Below are positions 9,981-20,273 of a stretch of DNA of 64,000 bases, one piece after another. The position numbers and the translations under genes are program-made. Source of the DNA: an uncultured Solirubrobacterales bacterium (GTDB lineage Bacteria > Actinomycetota > Thermoleophilia > Solirubrobacterales > Solirubrobacteraceae); assembly GCA_963837385.1 (NCBI GenBank), contig CAWIMZ010000019.1, forward strand, positions 52,180-116,179, written 5' to 3'. Every line of letters begins with the position of its first letter. Within the stretch, counting starts at the first letter, position 1. The notes beneath the pieces are model-generated. The model did not search any database and was not told where the DNA came from. It was given only the letters and a program-made list of their open reading frames with translations.

Positions 9981-12900
9981 ATGAATGAACGATCCACTCC
10001 CCCAGGGGCCATTGGCCTGTACGACCCCGCAAACGAGCACGACGGGTGCGGCATCGCGATGGTCGCGAAGCTTTGGGGGGAGGCGACCCATGTGGTCGTC
10101 GAGAAGGCACTGGACGCGCTCGAGAACCTCGAGCATCGCGGCGCCGAGGGCGCCGATCCCAACACCGGTGACGGCGCCGGGATCCTGCTGCAGATTCCCG
10201 ACGCGTTCATCCGCGCTGTCGTGGGTGTCGAGCTCCCACCGCGCGGGCGCTACGGAGTCGGCGTCTGCTACCTGCCCTCGGACCCCGAGCGCCGAGTCGT
10301 GCTCGAGCAGGTGATCGAGGAGACGATCGAGCAGGAGGGGCAAGACTTGATCTGGTGGCGCGACGTCCCGGTCGACGAGCGTCACGTCGGCGACACCGCG
10401 CGTCTGTCTGCGCCTGTGATCCGGCAGGTGATCGTCGGGGCGGGGGAGGAGATCGAGGAGCAGGAGGCGTTCGAGCGCAAGCTGTACGTGATTCGGCGCG
10501 TGATCGAGCGCGCGGCCGGCAGCGACCTGGCGATTCCCAGCTTCTCTTCGCGCACGCTCGTCTACAAGGGGATGCTGACGGCGCCCCAGCTGCCGCGCTA
10601 CTTCACCGACCTGCGCGATCCGCGCGTCGCCTCCCGCCTGGCGCTTGTCCACTCCCGCTTCTCGACCAACACATTCCCGAGTTGGGGGCTTGCCCATCCC
10701 TATCGGATGATCGCTCACAACGGCGAGGTGAACACGCTGCGCGGAAACATCAATTGGATGCGCGCACGTGAGTCGCAGCTCGCCAGCGAGCTGTTCGGCG
10801 CGGACATGGAAAAGGTCATCCCGGTCGTCCAGGAGGGTGGGTCTGACTCGGCGATCTTCGACAACGTGCTCGAGCTGCTGGTGCTGAGCGGGCGCTCGAT
10901 TCCGCACGCAGTGATGATGATGGTCCCTGAGGCGTACAAGACTCGCAAAGATCTCGATCCCGACGTCAAGGGCTTCTACGACTTCCACTCCTGTCTGATG
11001 GAGCCCTGGGACGGGCCCGCGGCGGTCGTGTTCACCGACGGTCGGCTCGCCGGTGCGGTGCTCGACCGCAACGGCCTGCGCCCCGGCCGATGGGTGCAGG
11101 ACACCGATGGGTACGTGGTGCTCGCCTCCGAGGCCGGCGTGACCACGATCGCGCCGGAGCACATCCAGCGCAAGGGCCGCCTGGCGCCCGGCAAGCTGTT
11201 CCTCGTGGACCTCGAGGAGGGCAAGATCGTCGAGGACGAGGAGGTCAAGCGCCGCGCCGCGCGCCACCGGCCGTACGGAGAGTGGTACGAGCGCTCGGTC
11301 GTCCACATCGATGCGCTCGCCGAGCGCGAGCCGAGGGCCCCCCGGATCGAGCCGCTGCGCTCCAAGCAGCTCGCTTTCGGCTATTCGCAGGAGGACCTGA
11401 AGCTGATCATCGCGCCGATGGCCGCCAAGGGCGAAGAGCCGGTCGCGAGCATGGGCAACGATGCCGCGCTGGCGGTTCTGTCCGACCGCCAGCCGCCTCT
11501 GTTCTCGTATTTCAAGCAGCTCTTCGCGCAGGTCACCAATCCTCCGATCGATCCGATCCGCGAGTCGGTCGTGATGAGCCTCCAAGCCGGCGTGGGAGCC
11601 GAGGTGAACCTGCTCATCGAGTCGGCCGACCAGGCTCACATGTTGGTGATGGACCAGCCGATCCTGCGCAACCACGAGCTGGAAAAGCTTCGCCAGGTCT
11701 CCCACGATGTTTTCGACGCCGCCACGCTCGACATCACCTGGCCGATCGAGCAGGGCCCCGATGGGATGGAGGCGCGGCTCGAGGCGTTGTGCGGGGAGGC
11801 AGCTCGCTACGTCGATCACGGCGCCAACATCCTGATCCTGTCCGATCGCAACCTCGGGCCTGAGCGCGTCGCGACGCCGTCGCTGCTGGCCGTCGGCGCC
11901 GTGCACCACCACCTGGTTCGCCGCGGCACCCGCCTGCGCACCGGTCTGGTGATCGAGTCCGGCGAGCCGCGCGAGATCCATCACATGGCGACGCTGATCG
12001 GCTATGGCGCCGCGGCGATCAACCCCTATGTGATGTTCGAGTCGCTCGACGAGCTCACCGACCGCTCGCTGCTGCCCGAGGATCTCGACCGCGACGAGGC
12101 CGAGAAGCGGATCGTCAAGGCGATCGGAAAGGGCCTCCTGAAGACGATCTCGAAGATGGGCATCTCGACGATCCAGTCCTATTGCGGGGCGCAGATCTTC
12201 GAGGCGGTCGGGCTCAGCCGCGAGTTGATCGACAAGTACTTCACCGGCACCGCGTCGCGGATCGGCGGGGTCGGGCTCGAGGAGCTCTCGACCGAGGCGA
12301 TGGAGCGTCATTTTCGCGCCTACCCGAGAACCGAGCGCGACCTGCTCCCCGTCGGTGGCGTGCACCAGTGGCGTCGGGACGGCGAGCTGCACGTCTGGAA
12401 TCCGGACACGATCGCGAAGCTTCAGCACTCGGCCCAGGGGCGGAATGGTGATCCTCGAGAAACCTACGCCGAGTTCGCCCGGCTGGTCAACGACGAGGCC
12501 GTGCGCAAGGGGCTGCTCCGCGGTCTGATGAAGCTGCGTCCAGCGGGCGACCCGGTGCCCCTCGACCAAGTCGAGCCCGCGACCGAGATCGTCAAGCGCT
12601 TCACGACGGGCGGCATGAGCCTCGGAGCGCTCAGCCGCGAGGCGCACGAGACGCTGGCGATCGCGATGAACCGGATCAGCGCCCGTTCGAACACGGGCGA
12701 AGGGGGAGAGGATCCATCGCGATACCTCCCCGACGGGAACGGGGACCTGCGCCGCTCGGCGATCAAGCAGGTGGCGTCAGGACGGTTCGGTGTCACCGTC
12801 GAATACCTCGTCAACGCCGACCAGCTGCAGATCAAGATGGCCCAGGGCGCCAAGCCGGGCGAGGGCGGCCAGCTCCCCGGGCACAAGGTCGACGACTACA

Positions 12901-14486
12901 TCGCGCGGATTCGCAGCTCCACCCAAGGCGTCGGCCTGATCTCGCCGCCGCCCCATCACGACATCTACTCAATCGAGGACCTCAAGCAGCTGATCTACGA
13001 CCTGCGGTGTGCGAACCCGGGGGCGTCGGTGTCGGTCAAGCTCGTCTCCGAAGTGGGAGTGGGGACGGTGGCCGCGGGCGTCGCGAAGGCGAACGCCGAT
13101 CACGTCACGATCGCCGGTCACGACGGCGGCACGGGAGCCTCCCCACAGTCCTCGGTCCAATCCGCCGGCGTCCCGTGGGAGATCGGACTTGCCGAGACCC
13201 AGCAGACGCTGCTTCTGAACGATCTGCGCTCGCGGATCGCGGTCGAGGTCGACGGAGGGATGAGAACCGGCCGCGATGTCGTCGTGGGGGCGTTGCTGGG
13301 CGCTGACGGGTTCGGCTTCTCTACCGCGCCGCTGATCGCGATGGGCTGCATCATGATGCGCGTCTGCCACCTCAACACCTGCCCCGTCGGTATCGCGACT
13401 CAGGATCCCGAGCTGCGCAAGCGCTTCCGGGGCACCCCCGAGCACGTGACGGGCTACCTGATGCTCGTCGCCGAGGAGGTGCGCGAGCTCATGGCCTCGC
13501 TCGGCATCCGGCGCTTGGAGGAGATGATCGGCCGCACCGACATGCTCGACGTTGGCGACGCGATCGACCATTGGAAGGCCAAGCGCGTCGACCTCTCGAT
13601 GATCTTCACCGAGCCCGAACTGCCCGCCGGGGCGCCCCGGCACAACAGCCGGTCGCAGGTTCCGGTGCTCGACGATGCGCTCGACTGGGAGCTCGTGCGC
13701 AGATGCGCCCCCGCGATCGACCGCCGGGACGCGGTGAAGCTCGGGCCAATCCCGGTGCGCAACGTCAACCGCGCCGTCGGCGGCATTCTGTCGGGGGAGA
13801 TCGCCCGCCGTCACGGGAGCGAAGGTCTGCCAGAGGGCACGATCGAGATCTCCTTCTACGGCTCCGCCGGTCAGAGCTTTGCCTCCTGGCTCGCTCCCGG
13901 CGTGACCATGTCGCTGCGGGGCGAGACCAACGACTATGCCGGCAAGGGACTGTCGGGCGGGGTCGTATCGGTCCGACCTCCCGACAAGGCCCGCTTCCGG
14001 GCCGAGGAGAACATGCTCGTCGGCAACACTGTGCTCTACGGAGCGACTTCCGGCCGCGCGTTCTTCCGAGGGCTCGCCGGCGAGCGGTTTGCGGTGCGCA
14101 ATTCCGGTGCGCATGCGGTCGTCGAGGGCGTCGGCGACCACGGATGCGAGTACATGACCGGCGGGCGCGTGATCGTGCTCGGCCGTACCGGCCGCAACTT
14201 CGCCGCCGGCATGAGCGGCGGAATCGCTTACGTGTACGACGTGGACCGCGGCTTCGAGCGACGCTGCAACCTCGAGCTCGTCGACCTCGAGCCGCTGACC
14301 CCCGACGACGAGGCTGACGTGAACGAGCTGATCAAGGAGCACGTAGCTCGGACCGGTTCGCTCGTGGGCCGCAATGTGCTCGCCTCGTGGGATCGGGTCG
14401 CCCGGGACCGGTTCGTGAAGGTGATGCCGCGGGACTACAGGCGCGCGCTGCAGCAGCAATTGGAGCTGGAGGCCGTCGAGGCCTAG
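9981..14486 (+). CDS. gltB: Glutamate synthase large subunit
   Basis: EHDGCGI Ntn start, [46 protein letters not shown] domain. Confidence 0.98.
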   Translation: MNERSTPPGAIGLYDPANEHDGCGIAMVAKLWGEATHVVVEKALDALENLEHRGAEGADPNTGDGAGILLQIPDAFIRAVVGVELPPRGRYGVGVCYLPSDPERRVVLEQVIEETIEQEGQDLIWWRDVPVDERHVGDTARLSAPVIRQVIVGAGEEIEEQEAFERKLYVIRRVIERAAGSDLAIPSFSSRTLVYKGMLTAPQLPRYFTDLRDPRVASRLALVHSRFSTNTFPSWGLAHPYRMIAHNGEVNTLRGNINWMRARESQLASELFGADMEKVIPVVQEGGSDSAIFDNVLELLVLSGRSIPHAVMMMVPEAYKTRKDLDPDVKGFYDFHSCLMEPWDGPAAVVFTDGRLAGAVLDRNGLRPGRWVQDTDGYVVLASEAGVTTIAPEHIQRKGRLAPGKLFLVDLEEGKIVEDEEVKRRAARHRPYGEWYERSVVHIDALAEREPRAPRIEPLRSKQLAFGYSQEDLKLIIAPMAAKGEEPVASMGNDAALAVLSDRQPPLFSYFKQLFAQVTNPPIDPIRESVVMSLQAGVGAEVNLLIESADQAHMLVMDQPILRNHELEKLRQVSHDVFDAATLDITWPIEQGPDGMEARLEALCGEAARYVDHGANILILSDRNLGPERVATPSLLAVGAVHHHLVRRGTRLRTGLVIESGEPREIHHMATLIGYGAAAINPYVMFESLDELTDRSLLPEDLDRDEAEKRIVKAIGKGLLKTISKMGISTIQSYCGAQIFEAVGLSRELIDKYFTGTASRIGGVGLEELSTEAMERHFRAYPRTERDLLPVGGVHQWRRDGELHVWNPDTIAKLQHSAQGRNGDPRETYAEFARLVNDEAVRKGLLRGLMKLRPAGDPVPLDQVEPATEIVKRFTTGGMSLGALSREAHETLAIAMNRISARSNTGEGGEDPSRYLPDGNGDLRRSAIKQVASGRFGVTVEYLVNADQLQIKMAQGAKPGEGGQLPGHKVDDYIARIRSSTQGVGLISPPPHHDIYSIEDLKQLIYDLRCANPGASVSVKLVSEVGVGTVAAGVAKANADHVTIAGHDGGTGASPQSSVQSAGVPWEIGLAETQQTLLLNDLRSRIAVEVDGGMRTGRDVVVGALLGADGFGFSTAPLIAMGCIMMRVCHLNTCPVGIATQDPELRKRFRGTPEHVTGYLMLVAEEVRELMASLGIRRLEEMIGRTDMLDVGDAIDHWKAKRVDLSMIFTEPELPAGAPRHNSRSQVPVLDDALDWELVRRCAPAIDRRDAVKLGPIPVRNVNRAVGGILSGEIARRHGSEGLPEGTIEISFYGSAGQSFASWLAPGVTMSLRGETNDYAGKGLSGGVVSVRPPDKARFRAEENMLVGNTVLYGATSGRAFFRGLAGERFAVRNSGAHAVVEGVGDHGCEYMTGGRVIVLGRTGRNFAAGMSGGIAYVYDVDRGFERRCNLELVDLEPLTPDDEADVNELIKEHVARTGSLVGRNVLASWDRVARDRFVKVMPRDYRRALQQQLELEAVEA

Positions 14487-14495
14487 CGGAGCGTG

Positions 14496-14519
14496 GGCGA
14501 TCGCGCGGCGCGATCGCCC
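14496..14519. other. GC-rich hairpin downstream of gltB
   Basis: gggcgatcgcgc-g-gcgcgatcgccc inverted repeat with no U-tract. Confidence 0.5.
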
Positions 14520-14672
14520 GCGAGCCTGATCAGTACCGAGGTCCACGTCCGGAACGGACGCCAGAGGTCCGCCATCTCGTGAAAGCGCTCGAGCGTCGGC
14601 GGCTGCTTCAGGCCGGGTGCGAACGCTATCGCCAGCAAGGCTCGTTAGGCCCATTGCTACGCTCCCGAGCCT

Positions 14673-16247
14673 ATGGGTGAGCTGGGCGCTTTCCTCCAGA
14701 TCCACCGGGTCGGCTTCGACAAGCGTGACCCGCGTGACCGCGTGCACGATTACGGCCAGTATTTCGCGGTGCAGCCAGCGGCTGAGATCGAGCGCCAAGG
14801 CGCCCGGTGCATGGACTGCGGGATCCCGTTCTGCCACGAAGGCTGCCCGCTCGGGAACCTGATCCCGGACTGGAACGATCTCGTGTATCGCGGGAAGTGG
14901 CGCGAGGCGATCGACCAGCTCCACGCGACCAACAACTTCCCCGAGTTCACCGGTCTGATCTGCCCCGCGCCCTGCGAGTCCGCCTGTGTGCTGGCGATCA
15001 ACGACGATCCGGTGACGATCGAGCAGATCGAGCTGGCGATCGTGGATCGTGCATTCGCCGAAGGTTGGATCGTGCCCGAGCCACCCGACCGCCGCACTGG
15101 TAAGACGGTTGCGGTGGTCGGCGCAGGCCCGGCCGGTCTGGCGGCGGCGGCCGAGCTCAATCGCTGCGGACACGCGGTCACGGTCTACGAGCGTGACGAG
15201 GGGCCTGGCGGGCTGCTCCGCTTCGGTGTGCCGGACGCGAAGCTCGAGAAGTGGATCATCGACAGGCGCGCTGCGATCCTCGAGCAGGAAGGGATCGAGT
15301 TCGTCTACAACACCGACGTGGGACGCGATATCTCCGCCCAGGAGGTCAAGGAGCGCCACGACGGGCTTGTCGTGGCGATTGGATCCCGCGTCTCCCGCGA
15401 CCTCGATGCGCCTGGGCGTGACCTGCAGGGCATCCACTTCGCGATGGACTATCTGTATCAGCGAAACCGGTGGGTGGCCGAGCAGCAAGGCCGTCCGTTC
15501 AAGCCTCCCACCCCGGGCACGGAGATCACCGCCAAGGGCAAGCGGGTGATCGTGATCGGCGGCGGCGACACGGGCATGGACTGCATTTCCAACTCCCATC
15601 GCGAGGGCGCCCGCAGCGTCGTGATGCTCGACGTCTATGCCGAGCTGCCGACCGATGGCCGCGATCCGCGCCACCCGTGGCCGCTGCCGCCCAAGCGCAC
15701 GCCGATGACATATGCGCTCGAGGAAGGGGGCAAGCGACGATGGGGAACCGAGGTGACCGGCTTCGGAGGCAAGGACGGCCTCGTCAGCCACGTCTACGCC
15801 CGTCAAGTGACGGGGACCTCCTCGCGCGATCTCACCCCCGTGCCCGGCAGCGAGTTCGTGCTCGAAGCGGATCTGGCGCTGATCGCGATCGGATTCGAGC
15901 ATCCTGAACACGAAGGCCTGGTCGAGGAGCTTACGCTCAACATCGATCGTCGCGGGAACCTCAGCACCAAGCAGACCTACCGGACTTCCGTGGGTGGCGT
16001 ATACGCCTGCGGCGACGCCCGGATCGGCCAGTCGCTGGTCGTGACCGCGATTGCCGAAGGCCGCAAGTGTGCCCGGATCGTCAACAAGGCGCTGGGCGGC
16101 ACGCCGATGGATCAGGACCGTGAGATGCTTGCGGTTGGCGCATGGAGTGGTGAGGCCGACCGGACCTTGCGGCATGAGGCAGAGGGGGCCTTCAACGTCC
16201 GTCCCGGCGAGGAGTTCTTCAGCGGGCCGGGCACCCGCTCACGCTGA
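14673..16247 (+). CDS. gltD: Glutamate synthase small subunit
   Basis: RCMDCGIPFC, NNFPEFTG, CPAPCE, GAGPAG, IGGGDTG. Confidence 0.97.
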   Translation: MGELGAFLQIHRVGFDKRDPRDRVHDYGQYFAVQPAAEIERQGARCMDCGIPFCHEGCPLGNLIPDWNDLVYRGKWREAIDQLHATNNFPEFTGLICPAPCESACVLAINDDPVTIEQIELAIVDRAFAEGWIVPEPPDRRTGKTVAVVGAGPAGLAAAAELNRCGHAVTVYERDEGPGGLLRFGVPDAKLEKWIIDRRAAILEQEGIEFVYNTDVGRDISAQEVKERHDGLVVAIGSRVSRDLDAPGRDLQGIHFAMDYLYQRNRWVAEQQGRPFKPPTPGTEITAKGKRVIVIGGGDTGMDCISNSHREGARSVVMLDVYAELPTDGRDPRHPWPLPPKRTPMTYALEEGGKRRWGTEVTGFGGKDGLVSHVYARQVTGTSSRDLTPVPGSEFVLEADLALIAIGFEHPEHEGLVEELTLNIDRRGNLSTKQTYRTSVGGVYACGDARIGQSLVVTAIAEGRKCARIVNKALGGTPMDQDREMLAVGAWSGEADRTLRHEAEGAFNVRPGEEFFSGPGTRSR

Positions 16248-16298
16248 GAGAAAAAAACGTTTCTCCAGCGGAGACCTGGGGAATGCTACCGTTAACTT

Positions 16299-16463
16299 TA
16301 AGAGTAAGCAGTCCTCCACGCCGGGGTGCGAGAAATTAGGAGGATTTAAGTTTAGGACGGGCTTGGGACGGGGAAACTCGCCCCTGTCGGTCAGGGAACT
16401 GCGCCCCCACTTCCCTGACTCTCCGGGGGGCCCAGATGGATCTGGGCCCCCCGGTTCTCTTTC
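16299..16463 (+). ncRNA. Candidate structured small RNA or attenuator leader, about 165 nt
   Basis: Extended -10 TGcTACCGT at 16284-16292; three stem-loops, one with a GAAA tetraloop; ends in a 14-bp hairpin plus pyrimidine tract. Confidence 0.55.
16422..16463 (+). terminator. Intrinsic terminator
   Basis: ccggggggcccaga-tgga-tctgggccccccgg followed by ttctctttc. Confidence 0.8.
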
Positions 16464-16523
16464 GGGTCGGACATCCCGCGTCCGCCGGGCCCGGTCGCCC
16501 GCGCGGTGTGCGACCTTTTAGCG

Positions 16524-17549
16524 ATGGTGGTCATCTCCGCAGCCCTGCATCACGGACACGCCTCGATCGGCTCGACGATCAGCCACCTGCTCGACTCGAC
16601 CGGCAAGTTCTTCTCGCAGCTCGCCAACCTCAGCTGGGTCGCCTTGCTGATCGGCCTGGCCCTCTACGCGCTCTATCTCCTGCTTCGCTCGCGCGCACTG
16701 TTCAACGCCGTGCAGGCGGCGTATCCGGAGGAGAAGGTGCGCTGGCGCGACATCTGGGGGGCCTACATGGTCGCCTACGCGGTCAACAACGTGTTCCCGC
16801 TGGGCGGAGGCAACATCGCGCAGCTGTTCCTGACGAGGGTGGCGGTCCCGTCGAGCAGTTATCCGACGGTGGCGGCGGCGCTGTCGACGGGCGTGATCTT
16901 CGACTGGTTCATGGGTCTGCTGGTGATGTGCTTCGCGTTCACGCAGGGCGTGTTTCCGAAGCCGCCAGATTTCTCGAAGTTGCCCGCCTTCGACATCAGC
17001 TTCTTCGCCTCGAACATGCGCTTCACGCTGTTCTTCCTGACGCTGCTGGGGATCGCCTTCCTGGTCGCCTTCGCACTGCTGTCGGCCAAGGTCCGGGCGT
17101 TCTGGCAGCGCATCAAGCAGGGCTTCGCGATTCTGCGCGATCGCCGCCGCTACCGCAATCAGATGGCAACCTGGCAGTTCGCGAGCTGGATCGCGAGGTT
17201 CGCCTCCTACTGGGCGCTACTCGATGCGTTTCACATCGGCGGCTCCGTGCGCAATGCGCTGCTGGTTCTGGGCGTCCAGGTCGTCGCCTCGGTGTTCCCG
17301 TTCACCCCAGGCGGCGCGGGCGTCCAGCAGGCCCTGCTGCTGACGATCTTCGCCCACAGCGCCGACGTGGCCGCGTTCTCGGTCGGTCAGCAGATCGCGA
17401 CGGGAATCCTGAGCTCAGCGCTCGGCTTCGGGGCGCTCGTGCTGATCTTCCGCTTCAAGAGCTTCCGAGAGGTGATCCAGCGGGGCAAGGAGCACCGGCG
17501 CAGCGAGGCGGCGGGCGGGCCCCTCGCCGAGACGTCGCTACGAACTTGA
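16524..17549 (+). CDS. Lysylphosphatidylglycerol synthase TM / flippase-like (UPF0104) membrane protein
   Basis: NNVFPLGGG and PFTPGGAGV motifs; multiple TM segments. Confidence 0.8.
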   Translation: MVVISAALHHGHASIGSTISHLLDSTGKFFSQLANLSWVALLIGLALYALYLLLRSRALFNAVQAAYPEEKVRWRDIWGAYMVAYAVNNVFPLGGGNIAQLFLTRVAVPSSSYPTVAAALSTGVIFDWFMGLLVMCFAFTQGVFPKPPDFSKLPAFDISFFASNMRFTLFFLTLLGIAFLVAFALLSAKVRAFWQRIKQGFAILRDRRRYRNQMATWQFASWIARFASYWALLDAFHIGGSVRNALLVLGVQVVASVFPFTPGGAGVQQALLLTIFAHSADVAAFSVGQQIATGILSSALGFGALVLIFRFKSFREVIQRGKEHRRSEAAGGPLAETSLRT

Positions 17550-17656
17550 CGCACTTTCGCCGCGCCTCGTCCAGGTCTGCGTCGACGTCGACTCTCCCTC
17601 GGGCCTGCGTGATCGGCGCCGGATCATCCGGAATCGCCGCCGCACAGGGTCGATAA
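17546..17656 (+). pseudogene. N-terminal remnant of a flavin-dependent monooxygenase/oxidoreductase
   Basis: TTG overlaps the upstream stop; reads ...LPRACVIGAGSSGIAAA (GxGxxG) and then stops. Confidence 0.6.
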
Positions 17657-17774
17657 TTACCTACACGAGCTGCGCAGGGAGCGCAGGGCCGGGGCAAGAC
17701 GGGCGCGAGCGGCCGGCTACGCGCTCTCGGTGCCACCCGCCGGGCGCGGCTGGCGCGGGCCGCCTTGTAAGTCG

Positions 17775-18065
17775 CTAGCCGCGGGCCAGGTGCGCGGCGC
17801 GGACGCGCAGCAGCTCGACCAGCTCGGCGCCACGGTGGAATGGGTCGGCGATCGGCTCCGAGCCATCGAGGGGTAGTGCTGCGCGCAGCCGCCCGTCGAC
17901 CTCGGCCACCAGCACGGCGCCATCCGGCGCCGTGGTGCTGTCCAGCTCGGCGAGCACTCGGAGCCGCTCGCGATCAGCGGCGCTCGCGTACCGGAGCGTG
18001 ACGCGCGTCACGGGAGTCTCGCCACGATCGCGTGCTGGCGAAGCTGACAATTCACCGGCTCGCAT
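17775..18065 (-). CDS. Small hypothetical protein with a GNAT-like fragment (LAELDS...LVAEVDG...ADPF type)
   Basis: Coding-like ORF divergent from the CGNR gene; start codon uncertain (18065 or 18071). Confidence 0.65.
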   Translation of the reverse strand: MRAGELSASPARDRGETPVTRVTLRYASAADRERLRVLAELDSTTAPDGAVLVAEVDGRLRAALPLDGSEPIADPFHRGAELVELLRVRAAHLARG

Positions 18066-18118
18066 AACCATTGAAATATTATAACCAGTTACGTCACCGG
18101 TCAACTAACATCGTTAGT
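18064..18118. promoter_or_regulatory. AT-rich divergent promoter with TAAC/GTTA operator-like repeats
   Basis: ATAACCA twice (18064, 18081); TAACCAGTTA; palindrome ACTAAC-atc-GTTAGT (18104-18118). Confidence 0.55.
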
Positions 18119-18689
18119 GATGACCAAGCAACAGCAGGCGCCCGGTGAGCTCGAGCATGTGCGGGCGTTCGTCAACACGGTCGACATCGAGGAGGGCGCC
18201 GAGGGCCTCGCAGGCGGCGCCGATCTGGCTCGCTGGCTCGCCGACCGAGGGCTGGCGCCCGCCGGGGTCCGGGTGACTGATCGAGAGCTGCGGTGGTCGA
18301 TCGAGCTCCGCGAAGCGATCCGCGCGATCCTGCTGGCGCACACCGACCGCAGCTCGCCGCCGGTGCAGGCATGTGAGACGCTCGACCGAGCCGCGAGGAG
18401 CGCCCGCGTGCAGCTGCGCTTCGACCCCCACGGGTCCTCGACGCTCGAGCCCGAGCGCGCCGGGGTCGAGGGGGCGCTGGGGCGGCTGTTGGCGATCATC
18501 GATCGCTCGATCGCGGACGGCACCTGGCTGCGGCTCAAGGCATGCCGCGATCACAGCTGCGAGTGGGGGTTCTATGACCACACCAAGAACCGCTCTGGAA
18601 CCTGGTGCACGATGGAGGTCTGCGGCAACCGCGCAAAGGCGCGCGCGTACCGCGGGCGGCAGGCGCCTCCTTTGCGCCTGCGAGGATGA
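18117..18689 (+). CDS. CGNR zinc-finger / ABATE domain protein
   Basis: AFVNT, RLKAC...C.W.FYD.TKN.S..WC.ME.CGNRAK. Confidence 0.93.
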   Translation: MMTKQQQAPGELEHVRAFVNTVDIEEGAEGLAGGADLARWLADRGLAPAGVRVTDRELRWSIELREAIRAILLAHTDRSSPPVQACETLDRAARSARVQLRFDPHGSSTLEPERAGVEGALGRLLAIIDRSIADGTWLRLKACRDHSCEWGFYDHTKNRSGTWCTMEVCGNRAKARAYRGRQAPPLRLRG

Positions 18690-19687
18690 CGTCCATGCCC
18701 ACCTTCTGCCGCCACAACCGCCTGCTTCAGAACTGCCCGATCTGCTCCCGTGAGCAGTCGATCGAGCCGCGCCCGATCGTGTCCCCCGGCGCTCCCCGCT
18801 CGAGCGGCGCTGCGGCTCGCCCATCCCGGGCCGCGACCGCGCGCGCGAGCACGCGCCCAGCGGGTCGGGCGGGAGGCGGAGTTCGTGTCCTGCGGCTGGC
18901 GCGCGGTGCCGACGATGGCTACCGCTCGCCGCTGGTGCCGGGGTTGAAATCGAGCTCCGATGCGGAGCGGCTCGCAGAGGAGCTGGCGTTCGCGGCGCGA
19001 AGGCTGCGGCTCCTGTCGGAGGATCCACCGGGTCTGTACGCGGAGGTGGCTGACCCCAGTGCTGACATCGAGGAGCGTTCTTGGCTGGCGTTCCTGATCG
19101 CCTATCTCTGCCCTCTCGACGGTGAGGACCCGTTCGCCTCGATCGGCGAGACGCGGACCTCGTGGCGCTCAGGTGAGTATCCCCAGCTCGACGACGTGCG
19201 AACCGGTCCCCGCGCTGCTCACGACCCGACTCGCGGGAGGCGGACACTCGACGCGTACCGCGCCTGGGCTGCCCGCAGCGGGTCACAGGCGGCGGCGTTC
19301 ACCGGCGAGGCCGCATGGAGCCCCCAGCGGCGATTCGCGCGTGCCTTCGAACGGCTGGCGCTGCCGGGCTTTCACCGCGATGCCCGCTTCGACCTGCTGG
19401 TGACGCTCGGCCGGCTCGGGGTGTACGACCTGACCGCCGGGAGCCTTCAGCTGGGGGGCGAGAACGAGCTGACGCTCGCCGCCAAGCGACTCTTCGGGAT
19501 CGGCGATCAGCTGCTGCTGGAACGGCGCGCTGCCGAGTTGGCCGCGGCCGCAGACCTGCCGCTGGAGGCGTTGGATGTGGGTCTCGACAACTGGGGGCGC
19601 GGCGAGCGGGCGACGCTTGGTCTGGCCGAGCTTTCCGAGCCGGATCCGGAGGCGCTCGAGACAACGCGCGGCGCGCTCGGCCTCTAG
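18686..19687 (+). CDS. Probable alpha-glutamyl/putrescinyl thymine pyrophosphorylase clade 3-like protein with an N-terminal Cys/His knuckle
   Basis: N-terminal FCRHNR..NCPIC; WLAFLIAY; FERLALPGFHRDARFDLLVTLGRLG...AKRLFG resembles the aGPT-Pplase3 core; ATGA-coupled to the CGNR gene. Confidence 0.55.
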   Translation: MTSMPTFCRHNRLLQNCPICSREQSIEPRPIVSPGAPRSSGAAARPSRAATARASTRPAGRAGGGVRVLRLARGADDGYRSPLVPGLKSSSDAERLAEELAFAARRLRLLSEDPPGLYAEVADPSADIEERSWLAFLIAYLCPLDGEDPFASIGETRTSWRSGEYPQLDDVRTGPRAAHDPTRGRRTLDAYRAWAARSGSQAAAFTGEAAWSPQRRFARAFERLALPGFHRDARFDLLVTLGRLGVYDLTAGSLQLGGENELTLAAKRLFGIGDQLLLERRAAELAAAADLPLEALDVGLDNWGRGERATLGLAELSEPDPEALETTRGALGL

Positions 19688-19817
19688 CGTGTCGTGATCC
19701 GCCGATCACTGCGCATCTTGCTGCCGGTCGCGGTCGCGACGATCGGGGGGCCCAGGGATCCGTCCGGCCGACCACCTACCTTCTGGGGCGTTCGAATCCA
19801 CGAGGGCCGGAGCCGCA

Positions 19818-20273
19818 ATGACACTCTGCTTCATCGAGCCGCAGAACGCGATCAGGGTCATCGCCGAGTCCGTCGGGCGCGAGGCGCGCCGCCAGATCCT
19901 CGGGGAGGTCGTCCGCGCATGGGTGGACGAGATCCCGGAGTCGGAGCTCGGGTCCCACTATGCCAAGGCGATCGCGGACCTCGATGAGCACGACTTGTCG
20001 CTGCTCGCCGCGTGGCATGCCTCGCTCGAGGTCGGGCATCCCATACCCAACAAGGAGTTCCTCGTCAACGTGTTCCCCTCGCTGGGCGAGAACCGGCGGG
20101 AGGCGCTGAAGATTGCCGCCGGATTCCGTGGCGAGGAGGCGTTCGAGGCGGGCGTGGGCGAGGAGCAGGCGTTTGACACCGTGCTGCCGTGGCTGTCCGA
20201 GCAACGCTGCATCGAGCTCGCGCGGGAGTGCCTGGAGCTCTACTGCTGGGACCGCCTCGGCGTCGAGAACTGA
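19818..20273 (+). CDS. Hypothetical protein
   Basis: 151 aa acidic, helical-looking ORF with host-like codon usage; no motif recognised. Confidence 0.7.
   Translation: MTLCFIEPQNAIRVIAESVGREARRQILGEVVRAWVDEIPESELGSHYAKAIADLDEHDLSLLAAWHASLEVGHPIPNKEFLVNVFPSLGENRREALKIAAGFRGEEAFEAGVGEEQAFDTVLPWLSEQRCIELARECLELYCWDRLGVEN

Noticed and set aside
9822-16175. Very long antisense ORFs (941 aa and 1068 aa) opposite gltBD, and similar shadow ORFs elsewhere
   Set aside because: Expected in high-GC DNA with strong GC3 bias; they fully overlap well-supported genes and show no motifs
16385-16420. Cobalamin riboswitch suggested by 'agggaa...gccccc'
   Set aside because: No intervening GGUG..AAUCC stem or ACUGU/B12 box, and the spacing is too short
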